Source of the DNA: Sminthopsis crassicaudata
Lineage: Eukaryota
Length of the DNA: 64,000 nt
Assembly: GCF_048593235.1 (NCBI RefSeq)
Contig: NC_133620.1
Span: 258,045,929 to 258,109,928 of the forward strand
Direction: 5' to 3'
A program made the translations under genes and the position numbers. Position 1 is the first letter of the stretch; the number at the start of each line of letters is the position of its first letter. The notes under the pieces are model-generated. The model saw nothing but the letters and a program-made list of their open reading frames with translations. It had not been told where the DNA came from and did not search any database. Positions 23,611 to 37,722 of the stretch are shown here, one piece after another.

Positions 23611-25254
23611 AGAAAGCGCGAATTTAGGGTTCTTTTTTTTAAAAGCTCATTTTTAAAAGGTGAGCTCTGTTCCTAGAGCATAGAGGAGGCTGTCCCAAGT
23701 TTCTTTTGCAGATTCTCAGAGCTTATCACAGTGTCTTGCACATAGTAGGTGCTTATTCAATTCTTGTTGATTTGACTTGATTTGAAGAGGCATTCATAGA
23801 TAGTTCCTATACTTTCTTTTCCCCTTTTTGTAGTCTCTGTATTTGAATAGAAGCTTGACCTTAAACATTTTACCCTTTAGAGGAATTCTCTTTATCCCAG
23901 TATTCAAAGTCTTTTGTACCAAAGAACATTGGTTTTGGAGTCAGACAACTTGTTTCCAAATCATAACTATGCTCCTTTCCCCCTGAAATTCAATTCATTT
24001 CCCTTTCCTTCTCTGCATGATGCAGCAGTAAGGCTTCAGGTTTTAGAGTTAGGAGCTGTGTTCAAATCCCAGCTTTGCCATTACTTTTTGGATCATTTTG
24101 GACATATCACTTACCTTTTCTAGAACTATTTTTTCAACTTTAAAATGAAAAGGTTAGATGAGATTAGAGGATCATAGATCTAGAGCTAGAATATATCTCA
24201 TCTGTAAAATATGAGGAAATTGAGGCTCAGTGGCTTGGTCAAGATTATACATGTAGTAAGTGTCAAAGTTAGAATTTGAATCTAGGTCCTCGAACACTTT
24301 TTCTTACCATGTCATACTGCTCTTTCTAAGATCTCTTTCAGTTTGAAGTCTATAACCTCATTTAAAAACAAATGGGAAATAGTTTTGGTTTTAGACTTTG
24401 AATTGCTGGAAAACATCTACAGAGTTTAAAGTAGCAGTCAGAAGGCCCATGAGCATATTCAGCTTTATGGGATAGTCTAATCACAGAACAAATGAGAAAT
24501 TACTCTCTTTAGTTCCTAGAGCTCCCTTAACCAATGCATCATTTATATCAAATGTTCTAGGATTACCTGTGGTGGGGAGTAACAAAGAACTATGGCAGGG
24601 AAGGAGTAGGTGGGAATCATTCTTACAATGCTGCTATTAATTTTCATTATCCTTTAACCTCTTACAGTATTGTAACCTTTCTTGCCAGAGACATGTATCT
24701 GTGATTATGACAAATATAAGGTTTGGACAATTTTCTTCTGGGGAAAGAGTGACAGACTCTAAATAAGGATTCAAGAAAAAAATAGTCCAAAAGCCAGGGT
24801 AGGTTGGGGCCAGTGCTTTTTCAGAAATGCTAATGGGCTGGGAAGGAAGTAGAAAGCTACATGTGGAAATGACAATTTAAAATCCAGGAGGTCAACGTCA
24901 GATCAGGAACCAAGATAGAGGGAGTTTGAGCAGGCTTATTGTGCATGATTCAGTCCTTGTTTAGTAAGTTCTGCCTTATTTCATAGTGTTATGTATTCTC
25001 TGCCCTCATTTTGCTTTATGTGCAGGTTTGTGTTTACACTGGCACAGAGGCAGGCTCCTGTTTGGTTGTACTGGAAGATCATTGTGCCAGGCTGCCTCAT
25101 ATAAATATATATATATATATAACCTACAGTGAAAAAAAGCATTTCAATGGAAGCAAAAGACTTCTTTGAAGCATTTGAAACAAATTATGGTTAAAAGACT
25201 TTAAAAAATAACTTAAATGATGTTATAATCTTTAAAGCAAGTATTTTTGGACTT

Positions 25255-25462
25255 TTTTTGTATGTATTATAGAACTGTTTGGCAGTATAGTTAAGTCTAT
25301 GGCTCCCTTCTCAGGAACAAGCTTTTTAGTTTTGTGTGCACATGAAAAAAAAATCATAATGGAAGAAAATGTTAAATTTGGTTAGATGTTAGTGAAAATA
25401 AAAATGTAATATTTTTTCATTTATGTTCCTAGATACCCTAAAATTTATTCATGGACCTCATT
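25255..25462 (+). mobile_element. hAT MITE
   Basis: tttggcagtatagttaagtctatggctcccttctcagg ... gtgaaaataaaaatgta ... ccctaaaatttattcatggacc. Confidence 0.6.
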
Positions 25463-26007
25463 CTAGAGAATAATGCTTAGAGCAGAGAATTTCCAAGTTT
25501 ATTTTTTGAAACGGGTGACATCCCCATAACTTCAAGTACCTTCTTATGTTTATTGGAGAAGAATCAGCAAGTCTGAGGCCTCAGTTTTCAGGATCCTAGG
25601 GAAGTAGAAACATAGCTTCTCCTCAAACTTAGGAGGGCTATTCTTCATGAAGAAATGACAATCATTGCTTCCTGTTTTTTAATCTTAATAACAGTTTGGA
25701 ATTTTGCCAAAACTCACATGTGTAATTTAAATGTACCATAGGACTGAATACTAAAAATTGAGGAATTCATACAGATGAAAATTTCAGTGACCTTGAATAG
25801 GAGAAGCCATAGAAAGGGCTAGAGTTGTTCCAAAATGCCCACTGCTCTGCATTCACTATCATGAGGTAATTCTTTCTTTTCTGAGGTCTTATAATATCCC
25901 TTGTTATGTATAAAGATATATTTTAAAAGAGTATAGTTATTCCATGTTAAGAATGTTTAAATGATTAGTTCTGTATAGGTAGGAAGACCACATTTTAAAA
26001 AAAAAAT

Positions 26008-26360
26008 TATTAAAGCTTTTTATTTACAAAATATATGCATGGGTAATTTTTCAACACTGATCCTTGCAAAAGTTTGTGTTCCAAATTTTCCCTCTTTCCC
26101 CCCACCTCCTCTTTTAGATCACAGGTAATATAATACATGTTAGATATGTTAAAATATATATTAAATCCAATATACATATACATATTTATACAGTTATCTG
26201 GCTGCACAAGAAAAATTTGATCAAGAAGGAAAACAAAAACTGAGAAAGAAAACAAAATGCAAGCAAAACAATAACAGAAAGAGTGAAAATGCTTTATTGT
26301 CCATACTCAATATGGTCCACACTCAGTAACCACAGTCCTCTCTCTGGGTGTAAATGGCTC
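26008..26360 (-). mobile_element. L1 3' terminus, 5'-truncated
   Basis: caaaatatatgcatgggtaatttttcaacactgatccttgcaaaa, the same subfamily as 9770-10590. Confidence 0.85.
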
Positions 26361-26939
26361 TGGAAGATCACATTTTTTAGATCTTTTTTATTTTTTTGTA
26401 CTTCAAGAACTTTCAGAGTGCTTGGCATATAGTAGTTGACCAAAAAGTTTCCTGGTATATTGAAAATGTAATCAGAAAAGCTTTAAACTGAAAAGGAAGG
26501 ATAAAGAAAACACCTTATATATGTTGGTCAATCTAGATACAATTGTAGAGAATTACAGGGCAGGAAAGAATAATTGGAGAGACATTGAGTGACTCAAAAG
26601 AGATACAGACAAAGTGAAGAAGCAGTAGTAGAACATATTGCTTCAAATTTCTATGTGAATCTGTACAAATATGGATAATAAGAAAGGTGAAGAAAAATTC
26701 TAAAATGGAGGCAAATTCAATTTCATAAGTATCACTGGGAATTGATGGGATGAGACCTGTGACTGGAACATGACTTTGAAAGAATATATGTTATTCAGAA
26801 GTCACAGAATAGATAAAGAGGTAGGAGAGGTAAAAGGAAGTTATTAAGAAGATAACATGTAGAGAAATAGAAGGGATTTAATCTGGTGCATTTTCTAGAT
26901 TTGTTAGAGGAATTTATGTATCTCTCTGTCATCTAAACT

Positions 26940-27330
26940 GTGATTTAAAAACAAAAAAACATTTTTGATGACTGAAAGCATAGATCTTTATCAAATGTGT
27001 GGAATGAAGCTGAGAGGGATAGTTAACATGTTGGATCATACAATCAGGATCCAAAAGGAGCTGGATAGTTGGACTAAATTTATTAAGATGAAATTTAATA
27101 GGAATGAATGTGTTCATTTTTTCTTCCAAATCAAACTCACAAGTAAAAGAGGGTCAAAGCATGACTAACTAGATCTTTGTATGAGAATGTTATAATTGAT
27201 TTCAAGCTTAGTTGTAGAATGTGGCAGCTCAAAAAGGTTTTTTGATAATAGACTTCCTTTAGACACATAGCATCAAGAGCCAGGATGGTTATAGTTCACT
27301 GTACTAGTCCCAGTTCAAACACACCTGAGG
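26940..27330 (+). mobile_element. CR1/L3 RT fragment
   Basis: ORF 26965-27168 MKLRGIVNMLDHTIRIQKELDSWTKFIKMKFNRNEC resembles CR1 RT TKLGG.AN..DD..RIQKDLDRL..W...NKMKFN.DKC. Confidence 0.8.
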
Positions 27331-27796
27331 GAGTTTTACTAAATAACTTTAAAGATACTTTCCAACTAAGGGATTGTGGGAAAACTTTGTGGATTGATTG
27401 AAACTGTAGTACTAAGATGTTAAATAACTTTGAGTAATATTAAGTGGCCACATATTTAGATTATAGAACTTAGAACCCAAGTGAGGGAACTAAAATTCAG
27501 AAAGATTAAAGTGAACTTCTCATTTAAAATGCTTGCCTTTCCTATCTTTGTGGGAATCCAGTGGAAATAATGAAAGCATTTTGAAAATTGTGAATTTGTA
27601 AAAACTGTGAATACTATGCAAATATTCTTCAAGGCTTTTGTTGGTTTAGTGAGCTCATTGGTATGGGTATATCTGTGAAGATAACAACTCATTTATGTTG
27701 TTATCTTTCAAAGGTTCTCCTAGATTCACTAGAACCCATCCTTTTAATATTTCGTTGATAACAAAACAACACTCAGATTGTCCTCTGGTATCTGTC

Positions 27797-27939
27797 TTTT
27801 TTTTTTTTTTTCTGATTAATTGGGATGAAATGACTTGCCCAGGGTCACACAACTAGGACGTGCCTGAGGTCAAATTTGAACTCAGGTCCTCCTGACTTCA
27901 GGGCTGATGCTCTAACCATTATGCCACCTAGCTGCCCCA
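27797..27939 (-). mobile_element. WSINE1-type SINE, young and intact
   Basis: T-tail then tgacttgcccagggtcacacaactagg...tttgaactcaggtcctcctgacttcagggctg...cctagctgcccc; short tatctgt direct repeats on both sides. Confidence 0.9.
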
Positions 27940-29052
27940 TATCTGTAGTTTTTAATACATATCCAAAAAGATGTGAATTGAAGGTTCTCTTTTCTTTGAA
28001 TAACTTCCCTTGTAGGAAGCAAAGACATTTACAATTATTTCATTAAATTTTTTTTCTTTTAAAAGTCATTGTTGCAGCTAAATATTTGAAAGACTTAAAT
28101 TAGGAGGCTTTTGAGAGTTTACTGAATTTGAGTCCCTGTTTAAAATTAATATTTCTTCTGGGTTTTCCCCCCTCTTTCCCCTTCTTGTCCCTTCCCAGTT
28201 TTCAAGCTCCATCTCTTAAACAACAATATACAGGGGGTATCCTGAAAAAAAATCACAAAAGAGTATACTGAGAAGGACATGTGAAATAGAAAAAGGATCA
28301 GTGACTATATTCCTTTGCCTTGGAGACTCCGGATGTTTATAGGTTATCTGTGTGGAGATCAGGCTTTTTTATATCCTGCTTGGCTCTGTTCACTCCTTGA
28401 GATCACATGTTGAAACCAGTGACTATGTATATGAAAGGTTGAGAAAAAAAAGTAAAGCTCCTAATTAGGCAAGGCTGAGTGGGCATAGCAGTGACAGGCA
28501 AAGAAGCATGCTGGGTGTACCTAGAAAAAAGGGTTATGTGAATATCAATATGTACTTCATTTAACTTTCCTTTTTGTGAGCTTTCTTTATTGATGGGGTG
28601 AATATTTTGTAAGTAACTTAGCTGCTCAATGAAGATCATCAGCTTCCTTTATCAGTCATTTCCTAACAGGTCCTAAGAGAAATCAGAAACAAATAGTTTT
28701 CCAACAAAGTAGAGCACAGAAGCTATTCACTACCAATTTGCAATGCATATCTGTCATTGGGATTTTTGAACTAATAACTTCAGTAAGGACTTAGAATTAA
28801 GTCATTTTTGTGTTTTGTATTCATGCAAGTATTTGCTTCCAGAAGATAAATTTAGGACTGGAAGTAGTTCCTCATCTGAGTTATCCATCCTCTGTAGGGT
28901 CAAGGAGTTATTTGGTGAATATTATTCTATTGAAATAGAAGCAGTATAGCAGTATACTAGCAGTATTAGTGGGGAAAATATTGTGGATTAGAGAGAGAAT
29001 GATAAAGAGGTAGGGATAGACAGGGATGGAGGGTGAAGGGTAGGGAAGAGGA

Positions 29053-29204
29053 NNNNNNNNNNNNNNNNNNNNNNNNNNNNNNNNNNNNNNNNNNNNNNNN
29101 NNNNNNNNNNNNNNNNNNNNNNNNNNNNNNNNNNNNNNNNNNNNNNNNNNNNNNNNNNNNNNNNNNNNNNNNNNNNNNNNNNNNNNNNNNNNNNNNNNNN
29201 NNNN
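29053..29204. other. Assembly gap (152 N)
   Basis: Run of N. Confidence 1.
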
Positions 29205-29964
29205 AAATTGAATGCAATTGAAAAACACATCAGAAGAAATAATTCCTGACCAAAACCAAATAAATGAAATTTGAATCTAAATTGATTTCTAGCCAACAAA
29301 GTTACAAAACTTTTGTTGTATTTTGAAGAATTATCTCCCATTTTTACCAAATATACACAAGAATTTAATGAAATTTATAATTACTTTATAAATCAAGATT
29401 CTTGGTCTTGCTCCTAATCTGAAGCAAGAAACAATATCTCCCTGCAAAATTATACTGTGGATAAAACTTGGTTGACAAGAAACAGAATCAGGGAGTCTTA
29501 CTCATTTATTTGATTAGGCTTTGATATATAATGAACAACTTTATGGAATTAAAATGTTTTTATGTAATAAAACTTTTATGTAATAAAACTTTCTTTATGA
29601 AAAAAATCAAATTTATATGCACATATATGGTAAATCTAGAATTTTTCTTTTATATTTATATGAATAAGGGGCATTCGAAGGTTTCCTAAAAATCAAGGAG
29701 TATAAAGACAAAAATATTGGGATCCCATTTGGAAATCATTTACTTATTTATTTTAATTTATGGAATAAAATAAGCATTTCCATAATATATTATAATAAGA
29801 AAGAAGATTGTGCACAAAACTGCAAATTCACTACTTAAAACTTGCTGTTCCATTTAAATATACAACAAAGTTATGTAAATTTTCTTCCCTTTTTTCTCCC
29901 TTCCCTTTCCTTTCTTAGAGATGGCAACCATTTGATACAAATAGATATATGTATAAAATTAGCC

Positions 29965-30046
<82 letters not shown>
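29965..30046. repeat. (TA)n microsatellite within an antisense L1-type 3' end (~29740-30070)
   Basis: Direct reading. Confidence 0.95.
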
Positions 30047-30047
<1 letters not shown>

Positions 30048-30529
30048 TTCTATTTATCAGTTCTCTGAGTGCAGATCATCCCCTTCATTTTACAGAGGAA
30101 GAGACTAAGGCATATAGACTTATATAATTCATCTCACACCATACAAAGTAAACATGGAGTAGGGATTTAAGTTGCAAGCCTGATTCTAAATAAGTACTTT
30201 TTCTTAATATACTTATGTATATATGTGTGTGTGTACATGTATCTATATGTTCTCTATATAACACATATATATAAAGATACAGATTTTTCTAACCAATTGC
30301 TTATCTCCTATATTTATTTTTCTTCTTCCCAGATACTGTCTATAGATACATTCCCTCAAAGTACTATCTTATATTCCCTTTCCTTCCTTATTCTTTCATT
30401 CTACTGAGTTGTTCTGTCTTTCTGTCTGTCTGTCTATGTTTGTGTCTCTGTGTTTTTTTGTGCTTCCGTGTCTCTGTTTCTCTGTCTGTTTCTATCTCTC
30501 TCTCTTTCCCTATTTCTCCTTTTGTTATT

Positions 30530-31370
30530 GGGTAATCTTATTCACTTCCATGACTTCAGATATCATATTTTTTAGATGACAAATCTAAGTCTGGCTCTGA
30601 TTTCTTTTCTGAACTCCTTAAACTGCATCTGTTCTTCTACTCTGTCCAAAAGGATGTGTGGTTTCATCTGGGCTCCCTTATGGTGGGCTAGCCAGGGCCG
30701 AAAGCAGAGAATCCTCCATGCTGCTGACACATGGGTACAGTACTGAGGTGGAAAGTCATAAATAGTAAGATTACAGTTCATAAGGGGCCAGATTTAAGAG
30801 GCAGGCTGTCTGGAACCAGATGGTCATTTATAGGAATAGAGCTCAAAAAATAGAAAGCAAATTGCTACCTAAGACAGATAACATATCTGGAACTAGAAGT
30901 AAACACAATACTCACTTTTGAGGGTGATAGTCTAACTTTGTCCTAGTTATTCCATTTTAGGGCTACCAATATTAATCTAGGCTCACATTTCCAGGAGATT
31001 GGGATATTAATTTCTTGCAAATGACACTCCATTTTCAATCTCATGCTTTTCCTACTGACTGTCCTCTATTCTGGAATGTTCTGTCTTCTCACTTCTGCCT
31101 CTTAGAATCCCTGATTTCTTTTAAGCTTAAACACTCCTTTCAGCAGCAGGTATCTTTTGGTGCTCTACTGCATTAAATCCTTTCTAATGATAGCTCCCAT
31201 CCACTCTCTCTCTATTTCATATGTACCTATTTATATACATGCTTTCTCACCCATTATAATGTCATCTCTTTGTGGGAAGGAACTGTTTGGTTTTTTTTTT
31301 TAATCTCTATATTCCTAATATTCAGCACAGTGCCTAGAACATAGTAAGCAGCAAATAAAAGATTACTGAT
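30530..31370 (+). mobile_element. L2 fragments including the 3' terminus
   Basis: tttagatgacaaatctaag...ctgaactcc; ttcagcacagtgcctagaacatagtaagc. Confidence 0.65.
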
Positions 31371-32009
31371 TGATTCAGAAAAATTCTTGATACAGTTTTC
31401 ATTATTGTAGAAGTGGATGGGGAGGGAAATAATTAGCTTCAATTCGCTGAAGGTGGATGGGTTAGGGAATAATTAGGAAAATCAGGAAATAGGTAGATTG
31501 TTGTTGTATAGAAAAAAGATGATAAATATGAGATTATCCTTATCACAGGAAACTTTAGAGGGTTAGTAAAAGATTCAGTGATCATAGTAACCTATGTGTT
31601 ACCTGGCTTGAGAATATTTTGTGACTGCCAGGAGAGAGCAGTTTTTATGAATATTCTTTCTTGGTATTATTCACTATGGCATATTAGTAGATTTTTATCT
31701 CCATTTAATTCAGTTCAGTAAGTAATTCTTAAACATCAGTCAATAAGAATTCAAAGAAGAAAGAGTTCTTGTCCTCAATGACCTTGTATTCTACTCAGTT
31801 CAACTTTGTGACCTAGTTTGCTTTGCTTCTCCTATAGTGTACAGCAGTCATGAGAAATGTAACATTTATAATATTTGCCATGTAGAATTTTATTATAATA
31901 TGTCTCCACTTCCAATTCCTAAAGAAGAACATGTATCAGAGCTGCTTAAAATCTTATATCTCTTTAGTCACCGTTGATACTATGTTGGATTCCTTTGTTC
32001 TTCACCTGT

Positions 32010-32745
32010 CTTATCTAATCAGGTACAAAATATATTTTCATTTCTACTTCTAACATATATCTTGTGATCTCCAGTTCTACTTTCACCACACAGGTATAGA
32101 TTCTCATTATTATCTATCCAAATAAGTGTCAATAGCCTTTTATTGGATTTTTTCATGCTTTCTAACCATCCTTCACATGGAACAGTTATGTCACTCCTCT
32201 GCTTAAAACTCTTCAAAATCTTTCCATTACTTTACTGAATAAATTTTAAATTGCTTAGTTTAGCTTTTCCCAGTATAACCCAACTTTGCCTATTTCACTT
32301 TATTTAATTTTATTACATTACTCCCCTTCATCCTTTATAATCTGACCAAATTGGCCTTGTTGCTGTTCCTCAACACTCAACTTCTGTCTTGCACTTCTGT
32401 AGAAGCTTTCTTCAATGCCCAGAATATATTCCCTCCTCATTTTCAACTCTTAAAATTCCTTGATTCTTTCAGATTTCCATTTAAACATTACCTTCTGCAT
32501 GAAGGTTTTTTGGTTGTGTTTTTTTTTAATGGCTCTCCCTTTCTCCAGCCTTAACACCAACTACAGTACTTCCTACTACCAATTATCTTTAATTAACTTT
32601 TTATATTTTTTGTATTGATATTTGTATATATTGTTGATTCAATAGAATACTTAAGGCAGAGACAGTTTCATTTTGGCTTTGTATCCCTAGCATATTTAGC
32701 ATAGTACTTGATACATAATAATAAAAATGATTGTTGATGATTATT
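32010..32745 (+). mobile_element. L2 3' portion
   Basis: atgtcactcctctgcttaaaactcttca; ggcagagacagtttcattttggctttgtatccctagc. Confidence 0.7.
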
Positions 32746-32892
32746 TGCATGATTATTGGTTGTTAACTGATTTCTTTCTGTTCAAACTTTCAGTTATTTT
32801 ATACCACTATTATACACTTTTATATAATTTTGTACTATAGCACTTGTGTATCTGTTATATTCCCTATAAGACAGAAGATCTATGACAGCAAG

Positions 32893-32894
<2 letters not shown>

Positions 32895-32938
<44 letters not shown>
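32895..32938. repeat. (GT)22 microsatellite
   Basis: Direct reading. Confidence 0.98.
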
Positions 32939-32941
<3 letters not shown>

Positions 32942-33141
32942 CTTTAAACTCTTTGATTTCCAGTACAATGATGTATATATAGTATTTTACTTGGATTTAA
33001 GTATGCCCTTGTTTTATATTGTAGAAGGGAGAAAGCAGCATTGTATGGTGGTTAAAGGGCTGGCCTTGAAATCAGAAGTTCATATCTCTACTTTTGACAT
33101 TCTGACTCTGAGAAAGTCACTTAATCTTCATGGCTCACTAG

Positions 33142-33143
<2 letters not shown>

Positions 33144-33182
<39 letters not shown>
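33144..33182. repeat. T39 homopolymer
   Basis: Direct reading. Confidence 0.98.
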
Positions 33183-33185
<3 letters not shown>

Positions 33186-33829
33186 TTGATAGAGAGAGAT
33201 TGCATACTAGAAGTTGTCCAATACTCTAATGGATTTGTGATCTCCAAACCATGGGCATTTGCTCCTATGATAAAGATCATAACCCTATGGGATTCTTGTT
33301 AATACCCTCCCATAAATTTACCACATGCAGGACAACCAAAGTCTAGGGGTTTTTCTCACAATCTTTTAATATCATGTGGCTACCAATAGAGGAAACAAAC
33401 TGTCAGTTATCCTAGATCACAAATTCATTTTTTTCCTGTAATGTCTTTCTGTGTGGGGATTGCTCACATATTTTTCCCTTATATTTTATCATCTACAATG
33501 TGCTATACCCTGATGTCTACTCTATATTTTTCATTACCCAAATGAGTGATCTTTTAACTTTTATTCTTTGGAGATTTTGGTATTTCATGTCTATTATACA
33601 GCGTTATGGAAGGAATGCTAGTGTTAAAAGTATGGATCTTCCTTCTAGACTATAATTTGATGTCATAAAAGACTAGACGTCTATGAAATCTATAAAGGGA
33701 AGGAAAGGGAAAAAGCATTTATTAAGCATCTACTATGTGACAGGAACTATGCTAAGTGCTTTACAAATGTTATCTCATGTAATCCTCATGATAAACCTGA
33801 GAGATAAATATTATCATTCATATTGAACT

Positions 33830-34230
33830 TTTCTGTGTTCAAGTGAACATGCATTATCTTCATGCACTAGAGAATATTGAAAACTATCTTTGCACATATT
33901 TTGAAAACTTAAAAAACTATTATTTTGATAAAATAAAATAAAATGTAATAAAACAAAAAAAACGTTTTGTTGATGTGTTTGTTCATGTAGTTCCTGGCTT
34001 TGTTTTAACAGGTAGACTCCCATGTGTTTTGTATTATCTGTAGTTGTTTTGGATGGGATTTATTGTTTTATCTCTTGCTTCTGGGCTTTACTGGTGGTGT
34101 GTAGAGATGGTGATGATTTGTGTGAGTTTGTTTTTTGTCCTGCAAATTTACTAAAGTTGGTTGTTTCTAGAATTTTAAAATTGATTCTCTGAGATTCTCT
34201 GGTTGTGCCATCATATTATCTGCTAAAAAA
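33830..34230 (-). mobile_element. Old L1 ORF2 RT fragment
   Basis: Minus strand gives ADNMM..ENLRES..., resembling FADDMMVYLENPRES. Confidence 0.7.
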
Positions 34231-37200
34231 ATAAGAAAGAAAGAAAGAATGAAAGGAATACCCTTCAAGGAATTTTGCTTAGATCTGGGGCAGGACCACT
34301 CACTATTGTATGATGAGAAGTAGATGTAACCTGAGGCAGCTAAGTGTCCTAGTGGATAGAGTACCAGCCTTAGAATCAGGAGAATTTAAGTTCAAATCTG
34401 GCCTCAGATTAACCTTGATTGTCTCAAAAAAGAAAGAAAGAAATATATATGAATTTTTGATTCTACACTCCATACTCAGTGTTAGCAGGGATATAATATA
34501 TCCCCTCCATTTCAGGACAGAAAGGTTAGATAAATTTCCCAGGATCACAAAGAGTCAGTGACAGAGCTTGGCTTAGAACTCAAGAAAGTCTTTCTGATCC
34601 TTTTTTATTGTAGCAAATTTCTTTGGATGCTCCTTATTAAGAGATATGTTGAGAAATTACATGACAGTAGGTTGGGATGATCACACTGATGCTGAAATAA
34701 TTCCTGGGCATATATGTACTTTAAAAACCCTCAACAACTTAAAAATCATTTGAGTTGAAGTCTTCACTCTTTAAGGATAGGAATGGATTCTCTCTTATAG
34801 AAAACTACTGAAAAAAGAAATAAAACAGGCTTGACTTTATGGGTTTATGACAGTCCACTCTCCAGTCTCTGGATTGGATAATTAGGTTTTCTAAGGTCTG
34901 GATATTTGACAAACACCGAGAATTCTTTCTTATCTCTGTTATTGTTTCTCATTTTCTTTTATAGAATGCCTGTAGTCAAAGCCAATTTCCTGGCACCTTT
35001 AGACAGATTAGGGTGCTATGCTGGTCAAGTTCCAATTCAGGCAGTTCCATTGTACTTATCCCAAATTCCCTATGGGGCTTTCAATTAGAGAAGTTATTGT
35101 TCACTTCCTTTTCTAAAAGTATTGTATGATGTAATGATCTCAGCATAGAAAGATCCCTACTGTTTTTTATATAATGTAGTTGAATTGGCTCTTAATTGAA
35201 TGCTTTTAGCCATTTTTGAGACCAACCAGCCATGGATTACTTATTTTTGTTATATTGATCCAACTTCAGTCTAGACATGTAGACTTATGTCATTACTAGA
35301 GAGTTGCAAAATGTTAAAAAAAAAAAGTTTGGGGGTACAATTACCTTTACAGGCCTCATATATATTCACTCTTTTCTTTTTATAATTTAGGAAAAGACTG
35401 ATCCTCTAGAATCTAAGGTCTCATCTAAATTGAAATCCATGATCCCTTGAACTCTTGCAAAATTCTGATATATAAAATGTATAGGAAATTAACACAAATT
35501 TTGAAAAATCTGTGAAGTATGAAAAAATTATCTTTGTTGTCCCTTTGCTTCCTTTGTCTTTTATAAATGTTTTCATTCTCACTCTCTTCCACTCTGCCAG
35601 TCCTAGGCATTTTATGTTCCCAAACTGTTTTTTGGCCCACTCACCCATTTTGCAGTAAATATTATTGATATTTAAAATTTTTACATTACAATAGCTAGAT
35701 AGCTCCTTCCTCCCATTGCATTCTAAATCTCTCCTGTCTTAAGTAAAAAAAGAAACAAGTAAGCAAAATCACTTGATGGGTATCATGTATGGCCATTTAT
35801 GCAACATTTTGTATCCAATAATGTTATCCAAAACACTAACAAATGCAGGGAAGTGCATTTCACTACCATTCTACAGGCCCCAAATTAATCATTTTGGTTG
35901 CTCAGATGTTGTCTGGCTTCCTTTTCTTGTTTTTTTTTTTTTTTTTTCTCTTTTTCTATTATAGTCCTTGTGCTTAGCACAGTGCCTTGTACATAAAATA
36001 GGTGCTTAATAAATGTTTATTTATTTATTATATCCTCTTGTTTCTGCTTACTTTTTATTCTGCCAATTCAAATAAATTTTTCATATCTCATAGAATTCTT
36101 AAGATTTGCAATTTCTTAGCATGCAATAATATTATATTATATTCCACCCCAGAATTTGTTCTCATTCCTCCACCTAAGGAGATATAATATTGTTCCTTTT
36201 TTTTTTCTTTTTTTTGGCAATAACAGAAGGTGCTGCTAGGAATATTTTATTGTATTTGGAAATTTTTGTCTTTGTCCTCCTTGGATTCTTTCCCTAATAG
36301 TGAGATCATTTGGAAAAATGCCATGAACACGTTAGCCACACTTCTTGTGTAAGTTCAGTCAGTCATTTCACTAGCATTTATTAAGCTTATACATTATCCT
36401 AGATAAATTGATAATCTGGGGAAATGGAATGGAAATGGGGAAAAAGAATGAAAAAAAAACAGACTCTCTCTACTTTCAAGGAACGTATAGACTAATGGGG
36501 AAAATAATATACAAGCAATTACACATAAATAAGTTACATACAGGATAAATTCAAGGTAATCTCAGAGAGAAATCACTAAAATTGAGAAGAAATAGAAAAT
36601 GATAAGATTTTATCTCAGACTTTTAGGAAGTCAGGGAAACCATGAGGATGGTCAGATGATTTGTTATAATAATTAGGCCAATTCACATACCCATCAACTA
36701 TTTTAGAGTGCTTGTCTTCCCTTAGTCCCTTCAGCTTTTTAGTACTTCTGGTTTTTTTGTTTTTTTTTTTTTCATCTCTGTCAGCGTGACACATGTGAGG
36801 CAAAATCCTCAGTATTGTTTTGGTTTATGTTTTCTTACTTTTGGTTATTTGAAGCATTCTTTCATATGGATGTTGATACTTTGGAGTTGTTTTGAAAACT
36901 ATTCAGGTCTTTCAGCCATTTTATATATTAAGGAACAGTTCTTGGCCTTTTTACAAATTTGTTTCAATTTCCTACATATGAAAATTTTTATCTTATATTA
37001 CAGACTTTTTGTCAACAATCAAAAGATCAGAAGTTTCAGTTTGGAAGAGACCTTATATTCTAAAGCAATAAAAATAAAATGGGGCCACTGATCCATACAT
37101 AATTATATAATGTTATTTACATTTTTTGTGTTTTTAATTATTTTGAAAATATTTCCCAATTACATTGTAATCTGATACCACTGGATGGGAGTATTGTGTT

Positions 37201-37645
37201 GACACCTGTGGTCTAGAAGACAGTTCCACAACTTCATTTTATATATGAAGAAGAAACTGAGTAATAAGGAGGTTAACTAGCCTATTTCACATGAGTCAAA
37301 TGAAATTTTGTTCTTAAAAACATTTTACAAAGTGTCAAGTGCTATGCAGATGTAAGATATTGTTGCTCTCATTACTAAATTATAACTGTGGAGTTAGCTG
37401 TAAAAAAAAAAGTTATGGTGAACTCCTTTGTAAAGATTTTAAAAAATTCATCACAATTTATAGCCCCTAAGCTTAGATTTTAATCTATCAGATTCTTACT
37501 TTTCTCTTAAAAAATTGACTTGCTTAGGGCCCCAAAGGTAGTAAGTGGCATAGCTGGAATTCGAACTCAACTTCTTTAATGTTTATTTCAACATTTAAAG
37601 TCAGTTCTCTTTTTTTTATTTCATCATAGAATTTTCCCATTTGAG

Positions 37646-37650
<5 letters not shown>

Positions 37651-37714
<64 letters not shown>
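37651..37714. repeat. (CT)32 microsatellite followed by a T run
   Basis: Direct reading. Confidence 0.98.
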
Positions 37715-37722
<8 letters not shown>
